A stretch of DNA of 64,000 nucleotides from Chrysomallon squamiferum (GCA_012295275.1 CM022676.1:15004001-15068000); one strand, 5' to 3'; positions 1-16,043 are shown, numbered from the stretch's first letter. A program made the numbers and translations. Notes: generated from the sequence alone by a model not told the origin.

Positions 1-749
1 TATGTACGTATGCATTATGTATAAATGTATGTATATGCGTTTCTATGTGTGTGTGTATGTCTGTCTGTATGTATTCTGATATGTATATACACGCACACAT
101 ATTTATACACATAATTGCACCCAAACAGAAACAAAAGCTAATAAATGTAATAGAAATGAATGCGTGAATCGACAGTCTTCAGGATGAACTAATCAGAGCA
201 GGGCCATCTTGACAGCAGTTTAGTCCCAAGGGCAGACACACACTGGGGCCCTTAAGTGCACAACCATAAAAAAAGTGTTCATTGCAACTCGTGGATTACC
301 TGGCCACGAAAACCAAGGGTATCCCTAGGTTAATTCCCCCGTGTGCAAACGCCTTAATACCAGACCCCACCCGCACCCAAGTCAGAGATAAAACAAAGAC
401 AAAATGTTAAATACCAATTTAAAAAAAAAAAGAAAAAATAACAAAAAAAGATGGTAAAGCGTGTAGAAAAGGAATAAACAAAAAATAGTAACAGTAATAA
501 AATAAAAATGAAGATGGATTAAAGAAAGAGAACAATGGAAAGAAATTGCAGAGGGAAAGAATAAAGAACGAAAAAAATGACGTAAAGAAAAACATTAAAG
601 GAAAGTGATACAGATCAATAAAGCGTATGACCTAATTAAAACGAAATCGAATGAAAGAACAAATAAATATTTTATAGCTGTAATCAATGAACGTGTGTGC
701 TATTCTTAGTGAAAATTTGTAATTTATTTATTGACTAACTGAAACAGAA

Positions 750-802
<53 letters not shown>

Positions 803-2061
803 AGAGAGAGAGAAAAACAAAGCAAAGTCTGAAACCGAGACTGAGATAGATAAATAAATAAATAAATGAATAAATAAATAAATATAATATCATTATTCGA
901 TAATTCGCACATTGTAACATTTACATTTTACAAGCCCCATTATATTTTTTTCTTGCAACCCAAATTTTCTTAAAATTGAGAAAAACGAATGTTAAACGAG
1001 ATTTTGCATTTAAAATGATTCTGCTTTCGACGCATATTTTTTAAAATTTGTAATTATAATTATATACAGTGTCACATGAACCAGACAAAACTATACCAAA
1101 TACCAAAATTATTAGCAATGACTGAAACAAATCTAATAACTAACTAGCTAGCTAACTAACTAACTAACTAACTAACTAAATAAATAAATAAATAAATGTG
1201 TCTCAATATTAGTTTATGAATGAGTATCGTGTTGTCTTACCAAAGTCTGATCAGACTGCACCTAGACAAGATTCACGAACGCATTGACAGGAAAGGACGA
1301 AGTTCAATTCGTCCTCACTAAGATACTATTGAACTGCCGAAACACGTGTATGTTTGTGTCTGTGTGTGTGTTTATTTGTGGGTTCTTGTGTGTGTTTGTG
1401 TGTGTGTCCTTGTGTGCGTCTATGTGTGAATGTGTCTGTGTCTGTGTGTGTGTCTGTGTGTGTTTGTGTGTGTGTGTTTGCGTGTGTGTGTGTCTGTGTG
1501 TATGTTTGTGTGTGTGTCTGTGTGTGTGCTTGTGTGTGTCTGTGTGTGTATGTGTGTATGTCTGTGTGTGTGTGTCTGTGTGCTTGTCTGTGTGTGTGTG
1601 AATGTGTCCTTACATTTAAAAAAAAAACCTGTCCTAAAACTACAATAAAGAAATATGTATCTTGTCTCTGTCAACCAAAGCACGAAAGTTACGGTGAATG
1701 ACACGTGGGTTCGTCACAGAGAAAAGACAATAATTAGAAAACAAAGCGTATCACCTGTGAACTGGTCTCTAACGAAGCAATTAGCACCTGCTCAATAAGT
1801 AATTACAGGTAAGCTAAAACGGTATATAAATTAATAGCGTGTTCCTGTGATCAAAGAGTTTTAACAAAATAAAGAGAAATATTAATTAGATGAGTTCTAT
1901 AAATAGTTTCCACCTGTGTGATTTTATTTCACACACGCAGGAGAGAAATAGATATTTATCGTTTATTCATTTTTGTTATTTTAATTTTATTTATATATTT
2001 ATCAGTTTCTTTATTTATTTACTTATTTCGTATGTTCATTTGTTTATCTGTTTATTTGTTA

Positions 2062-2109
<48 letters not shown>

Positions 2110-2119
2110 GTTGTTGTTG

Positions 2120-2161
<42 letters not shown>

Positions 2162-2820
2162 TTTTTTTTTTTTTTTTTTTTTTACATTTTTTCTAATGTT
2201 TAATGTTCATTAGATCGGGATGATCCCACATTGAATCAAGGGACATAACCAGGTTCAAAGTTAGTGCTGTAGGAAGACTAACACACACCGTAATATGACA
2301 TTTTATTTAAGTAATTCAATACGAGAGCATTTATCAAATATCAAAACTTTATTCCGAATTTAGATTTATTTATTTCCACCTAGGTGACTTAGATTCGATT
2401 TAAATATTTTCTTACGCGTTCTTTCCATTTTGCGCCTTTAATATTGTAGTAAAATAACTTTTATTTGCATGTTAACCTTTCTGCATAAACTGAAAATAGA
2501 CAAAGTATAAATATGAGGAGTAAGACATCATTACATTTTTTCCACAGACAAACTGAATAGTCTGAAGTATGTGCTATTAAAATTTAACTTTTGAAAGTTC
2601 TCTTGTAATTCCCTACCACAGTTTTAAATGGCCACTAACTCATAGTATAATGAAGCCCAAACATACTTCACGTGTAATGGTATTTTACATCACGTGTATG
2701 GAAGCGAATAAATGCAAGCACGAACGAGCGAACGAACAAAAGAAGTAAGGAATAAAAAGTCAAAGTATTTACGACTGGATAAACCAAAGAACGTCAGGAT
2801 GGGAAGAAGGAAGGATGGTT

Positions 2821-3719
2821 GGACGGATAAAGGAATCAACTTATCGATGGATGGACGGATAAAGGAATGAACGTATCGATGGATGGACGGATAAAGGAAT
2901 GAACTTATCGAGGGATGGACGGATAAAGGAATGAACGTATCGATGGATGGACGGATAAAGGAATGAACTTATCGATGGATGGACGGATAAAGGAATGAAC
3001 TTATCGAGGGATGGACGGATAAAGGAATGAACTTATCGATGGATGGACGGATAAAGGAATGAACGTATCGATGGATGGACGGATAAAGGAATCAACTTAT
3101 CGATGGATGGACGGATAAAGGAATGAACTTATCGATGGATGGACGGATAAAGGAATGAACTTATCGATGGATGGACGGATAAAGGAATAAACGTATCGAT
3201 CGATGGACGGATAAAGGAATGAACGTATCGATGGATGGACGGATAAAGGAATGAACTTATCGAGGGATGGACGGATAAAGGAATGAACGTATCGAGGGAT
3301 GGACGGATAAAGGAATGAACGTATCGATGGATGGACGGATAAAGGAATGAACTTATCGAGGGATGGACGGATAAAGGAATGAACGTATCGAGGGATGGAC
3401 GGATAAAGGAATGAACGTATCGATGGATGGACGGATAAAGGAATGAACTTATCGATGGATGGACGGATAAAGGAATAAATGTATCGATGGATGGACAGAT
3501 AAAGGAATGAACGTATCGAGGGATGGACGGATAAAGGAATGAACTTATCGAGGGATGGACGGATAAAGGAATAAACGTATCGATGGATGGACGGATAAAG
3601 GAATGAACGTATCGAGGGATGGACGGATAAAGGAATGAACTTATCGAGGGATGGACGGATAAAGGAATGAACTTATCGAGGGATGGACGGATAAAGGAAT
3701 GAACTTATCGATGGATGGA
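2821..3719. repeat. 32-bp minisatellite, ~28 units (GGACGGATAAAGGAATGAACTTATCGATGGAT)
   Basis: Directly visible, period 32. Confidence 0.96.
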
Positions 3720-3964
3720 AAAGTGGGTGAACGTTTTATTAATGACACGTTATGAATTGGTACCTGCCATTATAGTATTTGTGTTGTTGTTGTTGCTGTT
3801 GTTGTTTTTATTGTTACTGCATTTGTCTGTATATACGTATGTATATGTATGTATATCTGTATTTATATAATATATATGTCTGTATGTACCTTTGTGTGTG
3901 TCTGTGTACAAGTATGAAAGCAGTTTTATTTGCATATAGATATTCGTGTTTAATTATGAGAGAA

Positions 3965-4082
<118 letters not shown>

Positions 4083-5183
4083 ACCAAAAATAAAATGAGT
4101 AAAAGAAAGATAATTGTACAAAATATCGCAGAATATGACGCACACTTAAAGAGTAACAAAAAATCCTACACTCACTATTACTTTGTAAGTACGTGACCAC
4201 AGAGAGAAGTGCACAGAGAGAGAGACAGACGGAAAGAGAGATGGAGAGAGACTGAATGAGAGAGAAAGACAATGGTAAGACAAAGAGAGAGAAATATAGT
4301 TAAAAAAAAAAATTATGTCAGCTTACCTCGTACTACATGTTCCATGCTTCTATATTAAAACATTTCACGAACTCGTAACATAATCACTGTCTCAAATCAC
4401 ACTCCTGGTCTTACGAACCTTTCTTTAAATCTACAGCCACATACATTTAACACTTTCTTAAATAAGCGTTATTCTTAGGTGGGGGCCTTGCAACCGATTT
4501 TATTTTCGAAGACGTAAAAAGAAATTAAAAGAAAATTTATCTTGATAGATTGGCAGAAGGTCACGCTATTCCAATTTTAGACAGTTCAGTCGTAGACTGA
4601 TTACACAGCTATGCTACGCGAGGCCAAGGATTCGCGTTTTACTGGAAAAAGCAAGAAAGTGATACCAGTGTATTTACTCTGGGTTTCGGGACATCTAAAA
4701 CAAACCAGTCATCTCTCGCTTACCTCCCAAACATTGCGACGCCCTGACTATTTCTGCCAAAGAAGTGAAATCGTTTTTGGCAAGAGACTTTTAAAGACTT
4801 GGCAAAATTTCTTTCTTTCTTTCTTTCTTTTTTTGTAATCATAAATAGATACGTGCTATAAGTATGCAGAGAATTTACTTTCATGTTGTTGTTTTACATT
4901 TCTATAATAAGTGAGTACATTAAATTATTATAATTATACTAATATCACGACTAGTATTAGTAGTAGTAGCGGTAGCAGTGGCAGTAGAAGTATTTGTAAC
5001 AATACGTGTAGTAGCTGTGATAGTAGATATAATAATTGTAATAAGTGAGTTGTTACTAGTTTTAATCATAGTACGCTTTATTAGATTAGAAAGTACTGTA
5101 TTATAAAAGTAGTAACAATACTAATATAAGCAGTAGTAGTAGTAGCAGTACTAATAATAGTAGCAGATGCCGTGGTGGTAACA

Positions 5184-5288
<105 letters not shown>

Positions 5289-6170
5289 CTTATATAATTT
5301 AAATGGTGAAAATGCGCAAGTACCGACATCTAAAAGATAAGTGAAGCATGAAAATAAAACTAACTTTAAATGGCTGAATATATCATTCGAAAGTGAATAC
5401 TAATAGGAAATATTATCATGAATATTTTTAAGTTACTCCAAGACTTTCAAATTATGTATGATTTTGTTATATATATTTTTTTATTTTTGTGTGACTACAA
5501 AACATATAAAATAAATTTAGAAAAATAACTGAATTATGGCAGGCTCTTTGACGCCTTTCTCACAAAAACCCCATTAACTAGTAAACCGAAGAGTTCAAAA
5601 CGTTATATAATTATGATCAGAAAAAAAAATAAAATAAATAAAAGCAACAACAATAATATACCAGTGAAAAAGACATACACACACTCATACATACAAACTA
5701 CACGACATTTTGTTTACAGTATTTGTAACTGAATACTACATTTTATCTACAATATCAGAGAAGGAAAGAAAGAAAGAAAAGATAAAAGAAAATAGCAGGT
5801 ACACTGATGGAAATTATATATATGAAAGAAAAAGAAAAAAAAAGGAAGACAAAATACCGCTGTAAAATAGGAAACGAAATACTTCTAAGTACTTATCATC
5901 CAATCACTAACAGTCATTACGTAAGTTGCTGTATGACGTCATTAGTATTGTGCGGTTTCCACTGTACAACAAATCAGCGTAAGACAGTGTAGGACAGACA
6001 CAAACAGAGTGTGTGAATATTTGCTGTCTCAGGACAACCACTGATACGACAGAATATATCTTTATCTACTGCAGTTGTCAGTGGATAATTCTGACGTCAT
6101 CAAAACCAAGTACAAAGCCGTCATTGTGTTCGTGAAATGTTTATACAAGTTAAAAGAAAGAAAAAAGTGT

Positions 6171-6264
<94 letters not shown>

Positions 6265-8019
6265 TGTGTTTGGCTCGGAATGTGTATATAAAACAGAAAG
6301 ATGAAAGTATATAATTATATACATAGATGCGTCTGAGAAAGAAATACGTGTGCATCTGTGAGTATGTGCGTGCGTGTGCGTAAACGATCGTTTTATTTAT
6401 TTATTTCATTTATTTGCTTGTTTTCTCTTCAAGCAGATGTCAGACTTTGTTTTCAGTTATTTACTTGGTAATTTTAACTTGTTTACTTTGCCACTGTTTA
6501 TTTATTTACTCTGGTCACTAATCGTTAACCCCTGACCTTGATGAGCTAATTTCGTGTAGCGCCGACGACGAAATACCACGTCGTCGCATTTGTCGACAAC
6601 ATCATGACGGCACTTGGTAAATATCGAAAAGGACCGCAAACAGACTTGATGCGCGAATCCTCGGTTACGAAGCGGTGATGAACAATACCGTGAAAGCGAC
6701 ACCTACCGAGAAACCTCAGAGAATTGTGGGAATGTGCAGTTTGTCGATATTTTGTCCTCAACATTTTTTTTTTTTTTTTTTTTTAGTAGAAGTATATTGG
6801 GGATTCTCGACAATGAAAATACTTGAATTATAGAGTATTCTTTCATTTTTGTTATTATATTTTTTTTTCGTTCATAATAACGTAAATATATTTGTGTGTG
6901 ACACTTAGACATCTTCATACAGTAGAATGCGACTTAACGCCATTTTTTGTTCATTCACGTGTACTTTGTCAATGCGTTGTCTGCTTTTCTCAAAACAGAT
7001 TGTATAGATATTTTATACCTACAAAATAATAATAAAGAGTGAAACTTTTGACAATGACAATGAATATCCTTTCATAATAGATATACACATCATAAACAGC
7101 GTTATGTTCATCATCATCATCATCATTATTATTATTATTATTATTTCATTGTTGTTGTTGTTGTTATTAGTGTTATTACTTTTATTACTACTACTACTTC
7201 TACTGCTGCTGCTGCTGTTGCTGTTTTTGTTTTCCTACAATTAATACTACTAATATTACTACTTCTCCAATACAGCTACCACTTCTACCATTACAACTAC
7301 TACTATTACTGCAGGCACTGCTACTTCTATTAACACTAGCACTACTTCTACTGTTACAACAACAACTACTACAATTTATACTAATAGTATTAGAAAAAGG
7401 AAAAGACGAAACTGCACAATTATACTTAGTGATAAATTAATCGGTTTTCTTCTGAAAACGCAGCCGATGAGAATATTAACTGCATCAGCATCATCAGCAT
7501 CAAGAATAATAAACACCAAAGTTATATACTCAGTCTACAGTGTGACCGTCATATAGCAGAATTCACAATAATTTATTACTACGGAAATGTATTTATTTAT
7601 TTATTTATTTATTTATTTTGTTGTTTGTTTGTTTACTTATATACAATAACAATAATTTAAAAACATAATAATTAGATAAATAAGTTCATGCTGGTAAAAC
7701 AAAATAAAAAAGTAAAATAATAAAATTTAAAAAAAAGATATATATATATATATATATATATAAATAATAATAATAAATAAAAATTAAATATAATAAAACA
7801 AATAATAACAAAAAATATATATTAAAGAATATTACAAATCATATATTAAAAAAAATAAAATAAAAATAAAAGTACTTACATGATTACGTGTTCACTAAAA
7901 TTAACAGCAAGTATATTTTCCTGTTTCTCAAACTTACAAACTTCGAAAATCAAGTGATTCTACAAGTGGTCACCTTTGAAGTTCCATAGAGAGGAAAGAA
8001 GATCACGTGATCGGCTATC

Positions 8020-8266
8020 ATCGGCGACCTTCGGGAAAAGGTGCGACTTCGACCTTGATCGGACAGTTTATTTCCCGACTTCAAACATCGGTAAACATCG
8101 GGTGTTTACGTAACCCTCAAGCTTAATCCTCTTTCATCGCATAATCCCGAACCAGCGGTAAGGGTAAAAAAGGTTCTGCATTTTTCACATCATCTCTTCG
8201 ACTTTGGTCGCTGAACGCGGATTAAGATGTTAACAAGCACGCGTGGATTATGTGAAAAGAGGATTA
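8020..8266. promoter_or_regulatory. Candidate enhancer: five TAATCC/GGATTA (K50 homeodomain) sites, inverted forkhead pair, E-box
   Basis: TAATCC 8124, 8142; GGATTA 8219, 8245, 8261; GTAAACA-tcggg-TGTTTAC 8091-8109; GATCACGTGATC 8021-8032; CpG-rich unique island. Confidence 0.5.
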
Positions 8267-9207
8267 CACGTCGGTCGCTGGAATAATTATTGAAAATAAA
8301 ATGTAAAGCGTTTTCAAAAATAAAAGTCTTAAAATAATATCGTAAACGTGGCGGTGTGGATGTGTTTGTTTTGCTATGTTCACAGTCCTCTTTTTGAAAA
8401 CTCGGTCAGTTAAGTATTTGTCTGCCTATCTTCAAGAGAGAGAGAGAGAGAGGAAATAGAAATAAAGAGGAAAGAGTGAAGACCGAAAATAGAAATAGAG
8501 AAAGATTAAGACCGAAGAAAATAAGAAAAAAAAAAAAAAAGGAAAAACAAAAAATGATTAAATCAAGAGACAAAGAAGAAACAATGAAATATGTTAAAAT
8601 AAAGCAGAAAGAAAGAGAGAACGAAAGAAATAACGAAAGAAGAAAAAAACCCGAGAGAAAGAAAGAAATGTTGAGAACATAGTAATAAAGAAGAAGAAGA
8701 AAACAAAAAATGAAACACTGAAAACTATAAATTAAAAACTGTGTCAGTACTTGTAATAATATCAGTGTATTTACTACAAACTACAGTACTGCTTGCTGGT
8801 CGTGGTTACAGTAATTAAAACAGTTTATAAGGTAAAAGGTAATGGTAGCAGTAGTAACACTGAGAATAATAGGAATACTAGTACTATTACCAATACTAAA
8901 AGTAATAGTAGTAATAGCACTAGTCGTAACAGTTCTACTAGTAGTACCAATAGTAATAGTAGTTAGACACAAAAATAGCAGTAGCAATGGCAGTATTCCA
9001 ATACTAACAGTAGTAGTAATAATTGTAGCAATGACAGTAGTAACAGTTTTTGTTGTTGTTGTTGTTGTTATAGTAGTAGTAATAGAAGCAGTTATAACTA
9101 AAAAAAAAAACAATGTAACAGTTATAATAATATTAACTTTTTTCATTTTAAGAAATAAGAAATGAAAATAAAATAAAATAAAATAAAATAAAACAAAAAA
9201 AAAAAAA

Positions 9208-9263
<56 letters not shown>

Positions 9264-10022
9264 AAAAAACTTCAGTTTGTAACTTGAACCATTTTTCTGT
9301 AAAACAGAATCTAGGAAAGGTTCGACCTCACAGACTTTTCACTTTGTACATTTCCTGTGAACTTTTGGCACCGTGCTATCTGAGACAGCGCACAACAAGA
9401 CAAATTAAACAATATCCTGTCGCCATTAGTAACCAGACACATGCCATTGTTCTCTTTCTTTCCTCTCACCTCGACTCCACTGGTAATGAGCTTTAGGAAA
9501 ATTGGAATTTGACAAAAGAGCACCAAGGTAAATTAATGCCTTACAGACCATTTTATATCTCATTTATTATTTTTTTATTATTATTATTATTATAATTTTG
9601 TTATTCTTCCTTTGTTTTTTTGTTGTTTTGTGTTTATATTTTGTTTTTCCTTCTTTTTTTTCTTTGTTCTATTTATTTTTTTGACAGATATTTTTAAATA
9701 TGTAAGCTACTATCCATCTCACAAACAACAACAAAAAAATATAAATTAATCGAAAAAAATTTAAACTGGAAAACAGTTATAACGAGAAATATAAAAAAAA
9801 AAGTGTGAAAACAGACTGAACGAACACAAAAGAAAAAAAATCGACACGATGAACGAGAAATCGAGCGTGATAAAGAAAAATTATTGAACAGTGGCGGAAA
9901 AAAAAACGAAATGAATCAGAGACAAATGAAATGCAGAGAGAAAAGAGAGAGAAGAGAGAGAGAAATTGAGAGAGAGACGAGAAGAGAGAGAGAGAGAGAG
10001 AGAGAGGGGTAGGGAGGGAGGG

Positions 10023-10098
<76 letters not shown>

Positions 10099-11052
10099 GA
10101 GAGAGAGATAATTTATTTGTTTGTTTATTTGTTTGTTTTATTGTTTACTTTCTAGCTCTCTCTTTAAAACACTGGTGGACTCAACGTAAAATCTCACTTA
10201 ATCTGTTTTCTCTGAAAGAATTAAAAGGTCACGTGTTCACTGAAACTAAAACATCACGTGTCACGTGATACATGGTCGACAAACACAAAACTGAGATGAC
10301 CAGCACCTCGTTTCAAACGAACAGCTCGGATAACACGTCACAAGTTTGAAAATAGCAACAGTGCATGACAAAGTTAAGGTGAACAATTAAAAACACCACG
10401 CACGTCTGACTACTTCAACTACGACAACGTGTTTTATTGAGCTCCTTCTCTGCTTGCCTGTCTGTCGCTCTATCTCATCTTTCTATCCTTGTATTTGTCT
10501 GACTTATTCCTTCCTTCATTCATTCGCTCATTTATTTATTTATTTAAATAAAATAAATATAGAGAAATTATGTTTGCATTCAACGGCCTACACTAATAAC
10601 ACAAGCACAATAATAATAATAATAAAATACGTTTTGATGTGTACGTATATTCTTAGAAAGTAAGCAGTATTTTTTTTCGTTACTTATTTTTTTATCTGTT
10701 TTATTTATGTATTTATTTATTTATTTGTTTGTTTATTATTTATTTATTTTTAAATTTATTTATTTATTTTATTTGTTTGTTTGTTGGTTACATAATTATA
10801 TTATCATACACATATATCCGTCTAAACAAGTGTTCGGTTATTTATTACCGCGTGATTGTGTTGTTGTTGCTGTTATTGTTATTGTTATTATTATTATTAT
10901 TATTATTACTACATTAACAATTACTACTACTAGTACCACTACTACTACTACCACTATTGCTACTACTACTGATTACTATATTAGTACTATTACTATTACT
11001 ACTCCTGCGACATTTTAAATGTAGTGACAACGTTTTAGAAAGTTCTTAGTAG

Positions 11053-11181
<129 letters not shown>

Positions 11182-12348
11182 TTAAAAAAAAAAAATATAT
11201 ATATATATATTTTTTAATAATTTCTAGTATTCTCATATTCTGTCACCAGCACTGAACTACGACATGTATTCCAGTCTCGACAAGACGGCATCAACGACGC
11301 AGACACAGACGCTGTTTAAATATTAGCAGCGACTGCTGAGCTGCAGGACTAACAAATTAAAATCTTCGTTTGTCGTCTCTGTGTTCACAAGTCAAGCTCA
11401 AACTTCTTGTCTGCACATATTTCTAATTTTTTACTCCTTTCTTTTCTTTTCTTTTTCTTTTTTCTTTTCTTTTTTTTAATTATAAGTCTCTTAAATAGAG
11501 AGAAACGAAGGAAACGAAAGTTGCTTAAAGAAAATAATCCTAATACAATGATGATAATGGTAATGATGATGCAGATGATACGAATGTTGATAATGATTGC
11601 AATAATGAATATTACGAGGATGATTATAATGATAGCGATGACGATAATAATGATAATTAAAATGATATTGATGATGATGTGATATTATTGCGATGAATGT
11701 ATTGATAGCTGTGATCATTACGATGGTAATTGTCTTATTAGTTGGCACGAGATCTTGAAACAATGATGTCAAAAAGAATATAATAATTTCGTAACTCAGT
11801 TAAGAAAAAGAAGAAGAAGTAAATCAGACTGGGTGTAGTTATAAGAATACATTTTTACTTCTTTTTCTTTTTTGAAACAAAATATATTATTCCTTTCAAA
11901 CTGAACTGTTTATAAAGAAATATGTCTTCTTATTTATTTATTTGTTAAAATTTGACGTCACTTTCAAAGAAATCATATTTGACAAATATTATTTATTAAA
12001 AGAAATGAGTGAGTATTTTGCACTTAACGAATAAAAACATTAAATGTTTATAATTGCAAGCAATTTATAAACTATATAAATGTTTCTGAAAATCTAAGTT
12101 AGCAGGTTTTATGTGACTAATTTAAATAGTTTATCAATGATTACAAATGTACATAGTTCACATACTGCTTACAGAGTAACGAATTAGCATACTCAGTTTG
12201 TAATTTTAATTACCAATAAATTTATTAAGATTTTAATTAAAATATAACAAATTACCGATCTCTGTCTAATTTAAGTGATTTAAAAATAGTTACAAATAGA
12301 TATACATGCAACTAACATTTCAGTCCAAAAAACCAACAACCCAAAATC

Positions 12349-12379
<31 letters not shown>

Positions 12380-12981
12380 TACGCGCCCAGTCTATATGGT
12401 TAACAAGTAATTACAGGTATAACTAAAATTTTACTTACAATTTAAGAATACACCAACCCCTCTTTGACAGCTCTAATGACGCAGTTATTACGAAGTAACA
12501 GAGGAATGTATTAAAATTACAACGGAAATATAAGCCGAAACAGGATCTATTAAAAACAACACGGATGAGGAAACTATTCAAAGTTAGATACAACGGAACT
12601 TCAACGTTTTGTCATTTCCTAATCAAGATGTTTGTTCCAGTTTGATTATCATCATCATCGCCGTCATCTAACGACGAACAAGGCCATAACGTCATCTCTA
12701 ATATTTACTATCGCTCCCTCGACGTTGTCGAATCATGAACATGGACAGCCACGTTTGTCTTACATGTTAGTCAAAGTTTTGTGTTCTGTTTTTTGTAAAA
12801 AAACCAAAAAAAAAACCAAAGATAAGTTTTTATCAGAGTTTGTATACCTGTTTTTTACTTCTAGTGTTCCGACCTTTTTATTTGTTTTATTTTCATCTTC
12901 TTGTTTCTTTCTTTGAAAACAAACCCAACAAAAAACAAAAAAATAAGAAACAACTTTAAAATTATCATCATTATTCTTATG

Positions 12982-13029
<48 letters not shown>

Positions 13030-13295
13030 TTTTTAATGCATGTATAATATGTTTGTGTACGTCTGGTATTTTCATTTTGTTTCATTTCTGTGTAATAATA
13101 AAATAATAATAATAATAATAATAATAATAAAGCATAAAACATAAGATAAACACTTTGATATGTTTGCAGAACGATTAACAATGAGCTACTTTGTGCATAA
13201 TTAATTTAATTTTGTTTTATTTTATTTATTTTTCTTTATTTGAACTGTATTCCTTTTTATTCTTTCTTCTTCTTCTTCTTCTTCTTCTTCTTCTT

Positions 13296-13326
<31 letters not shown>

Positions 13327-13822
13327 TTATTATTATTATTATTGCTGTTGTTGCTGCTGCTGCTGTTATTTCACGTTCTATATTATAGATGAGTGATTAT
13401 ACGAGGAAACTAATAAATGTTTAAAAAATTATATTTTTCTCAAACTCTAAACAATCCACTCTTTGTTTCTCTTCACTGTTTATTCTTGCTTGAGATTTCC
13501 ACTGTCATCTAAAACTGTGAGAAATTCGCCTTGTTTCCATGTGACCAAATATTTAAATAAACATTTCTGAGAAAAAAATGTTTAATATTGCTCTGATACT
13601 TCATTAATAGTTTGCTTCTGTTAGCTCTTTATTTATTTTTAGTCTCATATCACATTTTTCTTCTTTCTTGTGGTTTATTTATTTATTTTTAAATTGTATT
13701 TAATATCTAGTGCATCACTGTTGTTTCTTTTTTAAAGATTTTTTTATGATCTTTTCTTTATTGTAATTAAGGTTTTCAGTTTATTTATATTGTTGCCGTT
13801 ATTATTCTGCTGCTTTAGTGGC

Positions 13823-13859
<37 letters not shown>

Positions 13860-15962
13860 CACGTAATGGTCACAGCAGTAGTAGCAGTAGTGATGATAGT
13901 AATGACAGAAGTAGTACTATTAGAAGATGAAAAAGTATTGGTTACAATAACAAAAGTAACTGTAATAATAGTAATTACAGTAATAGCAGAACTAGTAATA
14001 GCAATATTAATAACTGTACTAATAGTAATGATAGTAGTAGTTGTCCTGGTAGTAATATTAGCAGCAGTTGTAGTAATTGTAGTAGTAAAAATGATAGTAA
14101 TAACAGATACAGTAGTAGTAGTAGAAGCAGTAGGAGTAATGTGTAGTAAGGAAAGTAACAATAATTTTAATTGTAATACTACTGCTGTACAATACGACTA
14201 TTTGTACTAACTGTAGTATTTGTTACTGTTATAATAGTAGTAGTTATTGGTTTGTAGTAATAGTACAGTAATAACTTTAGTACTTGTACTAATAATAGTT
14301 ATGTTCATTTGCAGTAGCAGCATTATAGTAGCAATAGTAACAGTAATAATAACAACAACAACAACAACGACACTAATTATAATAATAGCAATAATAATTA
14401 TAACAACAGCAACAACAGCAACGATAATAATAATGATGATGAAGATGATGATGATGGTGATGAGAATAACAATATTTGTAGTAGTAGCAGCAGTAATCAT
14501 AGTACTACCGTTTAATCAGTTAAATAAACAAGTACTAGAATAAGACTAAATACAACAAGCAGGTAATAAAGTTATGAAAAAAAAGAAATGATTACACCTG
14601 TCAGGTTAAGAAATGTTGTTTACTGACAGTGGGTTTCAGACAGCTGTCAGTGTTAGAATACCCCAGACACACACACAACGTGGTGAACGGCTGAACAACG
14701 TGTCAACGTCTTCTGTTCTGTCAACAATTATCATATCACGGCGGCTGATGTCAAATAACGCGGAGATGTTTTACATTTCACGTCCCAAACGATGACGTCG
14801 TTTCCCGAATTTGACATTTCACTGTGTGCCCCGATAATATTTAACTATTGAAGAAATTATTGATGTCAGTTCCAAAGAGCTGTGGTTAGAACGAGAAAAC
14901 ACGTGGACGGCTGGTATAAATAAAAATAAAGTATTCTGAACTGACTGATAAAATATTCTGACTGAGAAATATAATTTCCTGACAATGATTCGAATCATCA
15001 TCATCATTATCTTCATCTTTATTGTAATTATTACCAGTAATATTAGTATTATTGTTATTATTACAGCAGTAGCTGTAGCAGTAATGTGTGTTTCTATGCC
15101 TACGTGCGAACGTGCGCGTTTACGCGTGTATGTGTGTGCATTTATCCCGCAGTCACTGTAAGATGTAACTAGATACATTTCTATATTTCTGGGCACTGAA
15201 AATAAATGTAGTTGCATGGGACGGAACTTTGTTCATTTCTACAAATTACATTTATTACATATAATTATATATTGTTCAAATATATTTCTTTGGTGTTTAA
15301 TTTCTGCTTTATATTTCAGAAGATTATTTTTTGAAAACGGTTTTCATTTTAAACACAACAAACTGCTGTATTAGAACCATTTTGTTTTACTGTATAGTTT
15401 CGTAGCGGACAACGAAATCAGAACGTTTCAGAATCTACAAGTCTGAAGATGAGAAATAAAACAGTTAACTTTAGATGTTCTTGTTTTTCTCAAAATTATT
15501 ATTCAGGATCGCAGAATGAAATAAATAACTTTCTTAAGATCAAATGCATGCACGTCGAACTATTTATGTATTTAAATGAATTATATTTAAAACGCCGTGA
15601 AAGTAATAAACACATACACATGTATTGATACATAATTAATACAGTCATTCGTTGTTAGGTTCATAAATATTTTGAAACGATATTTGTTTTTTTCTTGTCT
15701 TCCAGTGAATGAAGTAGAATCTAACGAAATACAATTTCCGCGTCATGGATTATAAATGTTTAGAAAACAGACAAATATGTATACGCAGCGACACACATGC
15801 ATATTTGCGTACATACAGACACACGCACATACATACATATACATAAATTTATACATACACATCCACACGGATTATATATAAACGTGTATGAGAGAGAGAG
15901 AAAGAGACAGAGAGATAGAGAGAGAGAGACACAGAGACAGACAGAGAGAGTGAGAGAGAGAG

Positions 15963-16043
<81 letters not shown>

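Noticed and set aside
195-385. CAGGGCC...GGGGCCC GC-rich patch suggesting a MITE end
   Set aside because: No matching second terminal repeat or target-site duplication found.
1241-1335. Minus-strand AG...GT-bounded segment as a coding exon
   Set aside because: Stops in all three frames; at most a UTR exon or a 21-nt microexon.
2718-2742. Minus-strand TTTGTTCGTTCGCTCG resembling miR-375
   Set aside because: Part of an (AACG)n-like low-complexity run; diverges after the 5' half and has no complementary hairpin arm.
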